NCBI GenBank assembly: GCA_951406725.2 | Contig: OX597814.1 | Coordinates: 81,158,001 to 81,222,000 of the forward strand | Length of the DNA: 64,000 nt | Reading direction: 5' to 3' | From: Octopus vulgaris | Lineage: Eukaryota | Shown: positions 53,793 to 64,000 of the stretch, piece after piece | How the letters are laid out: each line of letters starts with the position of its first letter | Position numbering within the stretch: the first letter of the stretch is position 1 | Program-made: the position numbers and the translations under genes | Notes under the pieces: generated by a model | Told to the model about the DNA's origin: nothing | Database searches by the model: none | Seen by the model: only the letters and a program-made list of their open reading frames with translations

Positions 53793-54876
53793 CTTCAAAC
53801 ATTTTGTTACATTTAATTACATACGTGTTTTCCACTGGTCAGACTCTACTTTTCATCCTTTCAGAGTCAATAAATTAAGTACCAGTTGAACACTGGGGTC
53901 AATGTAATTAGCTTATACCCTCCTCTGAAAGTACTGGCTTTGTGCTGAAATTTGAAATCAGATACATGTGCGTGAGTGTGAATGAGAATTATACTGATAT
54001 GATAAAAAATTAAATAGTGACCTTGACAGTAAGGCATTAAATAAACATGTAGAAAACTATAGGAAAAGAAAATGCTGTCTCTTCATTTTTTGCAGCAGAT
54101 TTATTTTTATTCTTTATGCCAAACTCAGAATTTATGCTTTTTATCTTTCTCTGGTTGTTGTTATTGCATTTTTATAAAATCAATGAAAAATAGGTTTTGA
54201 GACCACCTGGGAATGAATGATCAGGTAGAAAGTTCAAGTGGTAGGGTTAGCACAGCTTGATGTTAAATTATTAAAATGCAGCAGTAGTTGTCAAAAGTGC
54301 TATCTATAGATTATGACCTATTGGTTCCTGATCAGTGTGAAGTGAAGCTGAAATGTTTTGGAAAAAAGAAAAAGCAAAATATAAAATAAAAATATCTCTC
54401 TCTACCGACATCCCTCCTTACTGAGTCAATAAATTGTCTGAGGTCTTTCTCTTAATATTGGCACTCTCCATAATGTCTTTTATGTGGTAGCTAGATGGCT
54501 AGCTAGGTATATGGCTAGATGCATGGATGATTGGATGGATGGATGGATGGATCAGTTCAGATGGAGAGACAAATAGACAAGGCAGATTAAAACATGACAT
54601 TAAAAAAAATGTGATTGGTTTAACAAAAAGGAAATGTTCGATGAATATCTGAAAACTGGTAACTCAGTAGGAGACAGAATTGTGTTTCAGTAATTTTGTA
54701 GTTTGCTTTTAGTCTGTATAAACTATGGCAACAAATAACCTCACTCCTTCCTCTCAGCATGCTCTTAGATATTCTCAAATATATATGTGTATGTGTGTGC
54801 ATGTGTGTGTGTGTGTGTGTGTACACATTTAATATATATTTATGTAGGCTTTTTGACTTTTTTTTTTTTTAGTTGG

Positions 54877-55690
54877 TGCAGGCAAAGCTTTGTGGTAAGA
54901 AACTTGCTTCCCAACCACATGGTTCCAGGTTCAGTCCCATTGCATGACACCTTGGGCAAGTGTCTTCTACTATTATAACCTTGGGCTGACCAAATCCTTG
55001 TGAGTGGATTCTGCGAAAGAAGCCCATATGTGTGTGTGCACAGATATGTGTCCATGTCTGTGTGGGCTGTGTGTGAATATCTGTTTTTGTCTTCCACTAC
55101 TGCTTGACAACTGGTGTTGGTATGTTTACACTCCCATAACTTCGCAGTTCAGCAAAAGAGATTGATAGAATGAGTATCAGACTTAAAAAGAAAAAGTAAT
55201 TAATGGGGTCAATTCATTTGAATAGAATTCTTCACAATAATACTAACAGCTCCATCCAAGCGAGATCACTGCCAGAGTGGCTGTCTGGCTTCCATGCCGG
55301 TGGCATGTAAAAAACACCATTTGAGCATGATCGTTACCAGCATTGCCTTACTGGCACTTGTGCCAGTGGCATGTGAACAAAACATTCAAGCGAGGTCATT
55401 GCCAGTGCCACTGGACTGACTCCTGTGCAGGTGGCATGTGAAAAACACTATTTCGAGCATGGCCATTGCCAGTACCGCCAGACTGGCCCTCGTGCCGGTG
55501 GCACATAAAAGCACCCACTACACTCTCAGAGTGGTTGGTGTTAGGAAGGGCATCCAGCTGTAGGAACTCTGCCAGAACCATCTGGTTCGCCACTCCTCAG
55601 TCAAATCATCCAACCCATGCTAGATGATGATGATGATGCATGCCCAACCTGACCACAGCCTAACAACTGAAATGAGTAAAAGATAAAAGA
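54877..55690 (+). mobile_element. SINE family A copy interrupted by an RTE 3' fragment
   Basis: Head at ~54877. The tail is split by RTE 3' UTR (~55250-55638) and resumes at ~55640 (CCCAACCTGACCACAG...AAAAGATAAAAGA). Confidence 0.75.
55250..55638 (+). mobile_element. RTE LINE 3' UTR fragment
   Basis: TGCCGGTGGCATGTAAAA-type subrepeats, GGAAGGGCATCCAGCTG, and CCAACCCATGC(GAT)n. Other RTE 3' pieces at ~780-930, 10685-10793, 28170-28345 and 52945-53137 (+), and 50030-50272, 51300-51470 and 60960-61160 (-). Confidence 0.8.
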
Positions 55691-55691
55691 T

Positions 55692-56582
55692 ATCATCATC
55701 ATCATCATTTAACGTCCATTGTCCATGCTGGAATGATTTGGACGGTTTGACCAGGGCTGGCAAGCTGGAAGGCTGCACTGGACTCCAGTCTGTTTTAGCA
55801 TGGTTTCTATAGCTGGTTGCCCTTCCTAATGCCAACCACTCTGAGAGTATAATGGGTGCTTTTACGTGCCATTTGCATGACACCGGTATCTGCTATGTCT
55901 GTGGTTTTACTTGGCTTGATGGGTCTTCTTCTCAAGCATGGCATAATGTCAAATGGACTCAATCATTGCCTCCATGAGGCCCAATACTTAAAAGGTGCTT
56001 TTACCTGCCATTTGCATGGCACAAGTATCTTCCATGACTGAGATTTTATTTGGCTTGATGGGTCTTCTTCTCAAGCACAGTATAATGCCAAAGGTCATTG
56101 CCTCTGTGAGGCCCAACATTCAAAAGGAGCTCAACTATGTTGCCTTTAGCTTTGTAGCAGTTAAACCTTTACCTTTAGCTTTGTAACAGTTGACTATGGT
56201 GCTGCTACACCAGTCATTGGGTATGACTCCTTCGTGAATCACCTGATTTGCAATACAGGTGACTAGACCATAACCTACACTGCCAGGTATTTTAAGCATC
56301 TCAGTGGTAATTTCTGAAGAGTCATGTCTTCATGTCCTTAGTTGCTTTATCTACCAAGGTACTGTTGATTCAGGTAGCTCGTCCCTCAGTTGGGTCAACA
56401 TCTGGCAGACTCCCCTCCTCCCATTCATTCTCTACTTTCAGCAGTCTTTCGTAATGGCACTTCCAAGCCTTTTTCTTTGCAGAATCACTAAATGCAAGTG
56501 CACCATCATCCATACAGGCATAATTCTCTCTCACACACTGTTTTGCAATCCGGAACACTTCAATTTGTTGGTCCTCATGTCA
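55692..56582 (-). mobile_element. RTE LINE remnant with the RT deleted
   Basis: Pre-RT linker GALAFSDSAKKKAWKCHYERLLKVENEW and PNDWCSSTIVNCYK joined directly to the ORF end (LGLTEAMT) and 3' UTR with (GAT)n tail. Confidence 0.78.
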
Positions 56583-59500
56583 CTTGCTCTTTTCTGCTTC
56601 TCCTTTGGCTAGATATAGGTGATGGGAGTAGGGATGGGTGGGCGCATTGCAGACAAGCAGTGACCAGTTTAAAACAAGAATGCCTATAAATGGGAGAAAC
56701 ATGGCAACAGTGAGAGACACAAGTAAAACAAGAGTGCTTACGAATTTTAGAGAACAGTGACAAAAACATTATGAAACAAGGAGAGAACATTAGGGTTTTA
56801 GGGAATTACAGTTTGAAAGTTATTTGAAGAATTAATTTAAATAATTACAGGTTATGAAAGTACATGTTAGTAATATAGGTTAGATGAATGAATGAAGCAA
56901 TTAAAAACAAGAGAAATTCTTAGCTTAACTGTGCATATTGCAAGTGTCAATCAACAGCAGTGAATGAAGTAAGCAACATGAAAGTCTGAGAAACCATGTG
57001 CTAAAGGTCCTTTATATAATCTACAGCCAGAGGTGGTCAAATGAAATGGACAATTTTTCCATAGGAGGTAGAAGAAGCAAGTAACCATAGTGAAGAGGGA
57101 GGAATGGCAGTTTACTGTTGTTGGGGAGAAGCAATGGCCAGTTTAAAACAAGAGTGCCTATGAATGAGAGAAACATGACAACAGTGAGGTATAACATATG
57201 CACTTACATATTTCTGTGTGTGTGTAATTTGAAATATATTGCTGTTATATTGTGTAGAACAGTTGCTGGTTTATTAAAAGTCATGCCCCTTACATTCTCT
57301 TCATCTCTTTATAGTCTGAAATCTTTTAAATGTGGGTTTAAGGCTTTGTCGTGTGACTTTTGTTTTGTGTTATATTATTGGGTGGTGATTGTATTCAATA
57401 CATATTGTGTGATTTTGCATTATTGTGTTAGGTAGAATGCTATTTTCTATGCATTGGGTATTTTAATACCAAGTGGAAACTGTATAGAATGTGTTATATG
57501 ATTTATGTTATATCATTGGTTTGCATTTGGGTAAAATGAGTTGTATGAGTTATTGTTGGTACATAGATTGTATTATATATCCTCATACATAAACAGTCCA
57601 CATAAATGTAACCTATGCATTTCAGAAAAAATATATATTAATAATAACAGCTAACATCTCAAACAGAATAAACAAGATATACACTACAAGCTGACATAGA
57701 AAATAGATTCTTCTTAACTATTTAAAATGCAACAAATAGAATTAATATAAACTCTCTTCTTCAAACTAGAAAAATATATCATATAACTCTGTAATTGTGT
57801 ATGGCCATAGAACTGTTCCTCCCTAGCAACACTAAGAATATAGTTACATACCAGAAACTAACTAACCATACACCAGATTCTAATATCACCAAGTGACATG
57901 ACGTATTGTAACCAATGAAAAACAATGTGTGTTCAATTTGCCATAATGACTTCGTGTATAACCAAATTTGCTGTTAATTTCTTATTCTTGATTAAAGGAT
58001 TGCATCAGTTGAGTGATATAGTGAATCAGCAATTATATATATATATATATAGTGTGTGTGAGAGAGAGAGAGAGCGAGATAGAGAGAGAGGGGTATCAAT
58101 GCAGTTTAGATCAGCTAATTGCATTCATGAGGTGTTATGTAGCTCAAAGAAATATAGAAGACAATTGGCCAATGTGGTGTGTAGTGGAACTGAACCTAAA
58201 TCTGTGTAGTTGCAAAGCAATCACAGCTATACTTTTGCCTATATACTTTCATATATATATATACTGACTTCTCCGAAAACTAGTCATTTTCTTTTAGGAT
58301 TCATCTCAGAGTATGCACGCACTCTCTTACACGTATTAAATGAATGACTCTTACTAGATAGTTAATGAGTCTTTCACCATACAAGACATGTCGTTGATTC
58401 TTTTAATTTTATCTGTACCAGATTAAAAATTCAAGTGCCATGTGTAAGTGTTAATATATTTTATTACAATCAGTATTTCAACAAAATGTATTTTGTTTTG
58501 TTCAAAGTCTGTTCAGAGACTTCACAGGTGTAATTCCTTATACAGAGATAGAGAGAGAGAGATGTGTAAAGGGATAAACAGACAAGTGTTTGGAAAGATA
58601 GGCATACTGATAGGAGCATGGGATTAGGTGTGATGATTGTAGCTATGGTAGTGATGGAGATAGTAATTGTGAAAGAAGTTGTTTTGTTGATGGCACATGA
58701 AAAATTGTAGAAGATGTCATTGTAATAGCCATAGTGGAGAAGGCAATCATGAACATTTTTTACATCATTGTGAAGATAAAAGTTTCCACTCCACTAGCCA
58801 TAACTAGAAATCTTGCAAATGAAATATGTTAGATACTTTTTGATTAATCCTATGGCAGGGGTCACTTTAACAAGGTTACATTCTATTATGACATGCTAAA
58901 TAGAATCAGCTTCAATTAGAAGCTAATATTGTGAAGAATACCCTACTCCCTACAGGACAAATAAAAGGAAGGTTATTTAGTTTAATTCACCATATGGGTT
59001 AGATGTACTATGAACATATCTACAAGTATTTTTATCTCTATGACATTCAAATAATCATTTCAAAACTCATATTAAGGCAAGCTAATCTTGTCTAGACAGT
59101 ATCTCTTCACAGATCACAAATGATCAACAAAAACACACCCACCCACACAGTCCACATACTAGCATTTAACTTGTAACTATTAAATCCCTCTTCATGAGTC
59201 CTTGTGGGATTTAGAGTATCTTGTCTTTTCAAAGCAGGGATATATTGAGTATCTATAACATCCCTGAGGTATATTGAAAAGAATAACATGGATTACTGTA
59301 AAAATTTTCAAAACATTTTCTACCAACATCTACACTCAATTAGATCAAAGGATGAGAAAAACCGCATCTCTGGGTCGATTTTTGTGTAAACACAGATCTA
59401 AAATTTGAATTCCCTCCAATCATTGATAGAGACACTTCTTTGTTAAATGGATTACAAAAAAGCAGTTTTATCTAACTGTAAAGATCCCAATATTAAAGCA

Positions 59501-61707
59501 ATTACCTAAGTCACTTAACCAGAGATCAATTAGCTAATTGTAATCATTGGAGGAGGTTCTTCCTGAACATCTCCCTGATGCTTGCCTGATTGTCCAAGGT
59601 CTATGCCTGTTGACTCAAATCTACAACCACAAGCACTAACAGGCATGGCAGAATAGTTTCTCCTTGGGGAGCCTCCTCTACACCATTTTTATCCAGTCAA
59701 CATTACCTTTGATCTGCAACATATCCAACCACATGATCCACTTTGACCAATGGAAATCATTCTACCTAGTGTTTTATAGACATCATCAATGTTCTTCGTC
59801 TGACTGATTGCCTGTACAGCTTACATGTGTGAAACTTCATCACCTGATTCACAATAAAAATATAAGAGTATGCATGACATATATATTGTTTCTGTGTATG
59901 CAGCAAATAAAAGCAGAGTTCTTACCTCAGTATAGTTACTTGAGTTGCTTTGCTATCTTGATAATCTATCTTTGTCTCATTACATGATATTACATTAATA
60001 ATGGGTGTGGTTGGTGATTTGATTAACTAAATTTATTTCAGCTAACATTTCTCTTCATTTGGCTTTTATTTACATGTAAGTGTGGGTGTATGTCTGTGTG
60101 TACATGCTGCTTTGTGTGTATATGTGAATATGTGTGTATTTTCATGGGTTTGTCTGCATATGACCAGAAGTGTGTGTATAAGTGTGCATATGCAGGTGTG
60201 TATAAGGCATGAGAGAGTGTATGAGTGTAGAAGTGCACAAGAATGTGTATGTCTGTGTCTGTGTGTGTTCTTTTTTTTTTTTTTCATACTGTAATGGAAA
60301 AATTGATCAAGGTAGTCTCACACACACATACATCAACCTCTCAAAGATTTTTCCATTCTTTTAACACATTCACTCCCATTAATTTCTAACAAATCTTTCA
60401 ATTTCATCTTCTGTGAAATCATTTCAAAATAGCAAAATTTGAATAGCTAGCGTAAGTGTGTAAAGATGTATATGTATGTGTGCATGCATCTGAGTGTTAC
60501 ACATGTGAAACATTTGCAAGATAAACAGGATTACACATCCAGAGCTAAACATATATCAGGTTCTGCATACTTCTAAGAGATGAATGTATTGTGCTTTCAT
60601 ACTATTCTTATTACATAAGAAATCATATAAAAGACAATATACACATACTTACATACACACGCATGCACAAACACACACTTAGACATATGCACCCACATAT
60701 ATTTCATTTTGATTAATTTATATCCGTTTTTCCATGCTAGCATGGGTTAGACAAATATGTTATCAAAGCATTGTTTTACTGCTGGATTTTAATCTTTACA
60801 TGTCTGCAAGTAATAGATCTTTTGTTTTATGTAGCTTACAAAGTGAGTGGACAAGTTGCTGACAGGGGAGGTGCCAACAACACTGCTCAAACATTGTAAC
60901 TTTCAAATAAGTGAGTGCAGGTGTAAACACACACACACAAGCATGTATGCATGTATGTATATCATCATTATCATCATCATCAAACTTCATTTTCCAAGTT
61001 GGTATGGGTTCGATCGTTTGTCAGGAGCTGGCAAGCCAATGGACTGGGCCAGGCTCCATTATCTGCTATGGCTTTGTTTCTATGGTTGGATGCATTTCCT
61101 AACACCAACCACTTTACAGAGTGTAGTGTGTGCTTTTTATGTTGCACCAGCATCAGCAGGGTCACCAAGTAAATTACAAGATGAAGACCCCAGACCTGGA
61201 GGGGGTGTAGTATTGAGGGAAAACTGCTTTGTGCCAGTTGAGAGGTTAAAGAATATTTGAGGGATAGCGATAGGTGCATTGCTATAGAGGAGATGCATGG
61301 CTATCTCAATTAGAAAAGAAAGGAGAGAAAATAGAGAGAAAGATGAAGAGATAGAGAGAGAGGGTACTGCAGATTGCGTTTAGGCATACCCTCATCATCA
61401 TCATCATCACCACTTTAATATCTACTTTTCAATGCTTGCAAGGTCAGATGAGAGTACATAGGTGGCAGTTTTCTACAGCTGGATACCCTTTCTCACATCA
61501 AACCCCACCTGTTTCCAACTGAATTAATTTCTCATTCTACCACATAAAAACAACTGGGCATGTTTTATGCAAAAAAAACTGGAATCAAACAATGCCATAT
61601 GTTTGCTAAGATTGTGAAACATGCCAAGAAGCCCAAGTATGCTTTCATAGCAGACTGCAAGCAAACAACACTATCAAGAAGCCACTGTTTACAAACCAAT
61701 GAATTCA

Positions 61708-61768
<61 letters not shown>

Positions 61769-62046
61769 TCTCCCTCTCTCTCTATCTCTCTCTCTCTCTC
61801 TCACATACACAATTCTGATGGGCTGCTTTCAGTTAACGTCTATCAAATCCACTCCCAAGGCTTTGATTGACCCAGCATTATAGTAGAAGGCTCTTGCTGA
61901 AATGTTATGCAGTGACACTGAATCCAAAACCACATGGTTGAGAATCAATCTTCATAACCACATAGCCATACCAGCAATATATATAGATGCAGAGATAGGT
62001 AAAGGTATATCTATTTATATGTGAGATAGGTAAAGGTATATCTATT

Positions 62047-62103
<57 letters not shown>

Positions 62104-62294
62104 GCATATATATGTATATATACATCCATACACACACAAGTATATATATATATTTGTATGTGCATTTGTAATAATGTATGTATTTAAAACACATATATTT
62201 ATATATTTTATATATGTTTAAACAGGTACATGCATATATCTTTATATGAGATCAGTATGTGTATATATATGTGATTATAGATATACATTTATGT

Positions 62295-62358
<64 letters not shown>

Positions 62359-63141
62359 ACACACATATGTGTCTGTATGAAAAACAAGGCCAGGGAGTAA
62401 AACAAGGATAGATAAAGAGAGTGATGCTAACTATTGAAGTGCTGCTCAAAATAGTGTTTATATGGTGCTATTATATTTGTTGCCAGCAGACATGGAGTTC
62501 AAAGAGTTAATTTTTGGACAACAGTTATTACAGTTATTAGACTGATTATATGAAGAACCGATTATGTGTACTGCCACAAGCAGAACCAACTTGAAAGACT
62601 TATGGATCCAATATTACAGCACTTAAAAGCAACAGGTAGTACTGTATGTGGTTGTGTGAATGGGTAGAAGCAACAGTTTGGTCTTTCTTAAATTGCACTC
62701 TTGCTCTTGAAAAATGGAATCACACTCTGGATAATGTAGTTGAGAGATATGAATGTAAAAGACAGAATCATATATCTGCTCAGTAAATTTTGAACTGGGC
62801 TTAAATAAGAAAATAGTTTATCCAAAATATCAAAGTATTTTTTGTCCCAATTTTTAGTATCTTAAATTTTTTTGAATCTGAAGTATTACTAAGTAAATTC
62901 ATAGAACAGGGCTGTTTTCCTCTTGATGTGGAAATGCATATCACTGAAGAAACATTTTGTAAAAGAATAAAAATATACACAAAATCCCACTAGCAGTAGG
63001 AATTTATTTGCAGTATATTATTCATAGCTCATAGGTTATAAGTTGATCTTCTGTTTCAAAGTAATAAGGGTTGTATTAATAGTTTCTCCATAGTTTCAAA
63101 TAAATTCTTATCTGTGGTTCTATACATAAATAAGCATATAC

Positions 63142-63177
<36 letters not shown>

Positions 63178-63387
63178 ATAATTTATATTTAACAGTGAAT
63201 CTGAGGGAGCTGCTGCTCAAAGTTCCAAGTTCCACTTTGTCTTATAAAAGGGAGTTTTATTTTGCATCTGTGGATGTGTATATGTCAGTAGTGATAACCT
63301 CTCAGTCATAAATGCTTCTGATCATACAAGGTTAAGAAATTGATTCCCTTTGTTCTTCGTGTTATCTGTACAGTGTGTATGTGTGTG

Positions 63388-63428
<41 letters not shown>

Positions 63429-64000
63429 ATAGATATTTAGATAGGTAGATAGATAGATCAATAGATAGATAGATCAATAAATAGATATATATAGATAGAT
63501 ATGCATGCAAATACATACATACATACATACATATATATATATACACACACACACTCCTACATTTATGCAGATATGTATACTTACATGTACATATACATAC
63601 CTACATATATATATTCTCAAAAATATACATATATATGTATACACATATATGTACATATCTATGCATAACTGCATGTATGTGTGTGTGTATATCTATATAT
63701 TTATACATGCACACACACACACAAATGCACATATACACATGTATGTATGCTTGTATGTCTGAACATAAATTAACCTATGTGTATGTATGAGTCTGTATGA
63801 GTGTGTATGTGTGTATAAGGAAAACTTGAGGATCAATCAATAAATAATGTTACAACAGAACCACAAACGAAAGGATCAAAGCAACCAAATGCCCAGGATT
63901 CAAAAATGATTATGTTCTTACTGTGTTCACATGAAATGTGATATATGTCAGAGAGTATATGGTATGGTGGTAATTACAACCAGGCATCATCCCTAGAGAT

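Noticed and set aside
61991-62052. Short local tandem duplications (also ~25510-25620, 31910-31968, 43690-43745, 47840/48110)
   Set aside because: Ordinary slippage duplications with no sign of function.

Overview
AT-rich eukaryotic DNA, dense in microsatellites and transposons. The repeat repertoire (tRNA-headed SINEs, RTE LINE tails ending in (GAT)n, long (TA)n/(CA)n tracts) looks like an octopus or other coleoid cephalopod genome; this is an inference, not a database result. I found no recognisable host protein-coding exon, and almost all listed ORFs are microsatellite or SINE read-throughs. The window is best read as part of a very large intron or an intergenic tract. Real coding remnants are all mobile elements: a 5'-truncated RTE LINE whose reverse transcriptase carries an inserted PHD-like zinc finger (about 29.7-31.3 kb), a decayed pogo/POGK-like transposase (about 17.95-19.27 kb, minus), an internally deleted Tc1 element with perfect 21-bp TIRs (19632-20521), and a small R4/Dong-like LINE 3' end. 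There are also many SINEs of several families, Tc1/mariner, hAT and piggyBac MITEs (several nested), a foldback element and a Helitron-like pair. The most notable non-TE signal is a strong 3' splice site fused directly to a consensus 5' splice site (polyY-TACAG|GTGAGT at 16140/16141), a candidate recursive-splicing ratchet point. Also notable are a chimeric SINE, a same-orientation cluster of a CAA-tailed repeat, and several hairpins that could be ADAR or Drosha substrates. Repeat boundaries are approximate unless TIRs or TSDs are quoted.
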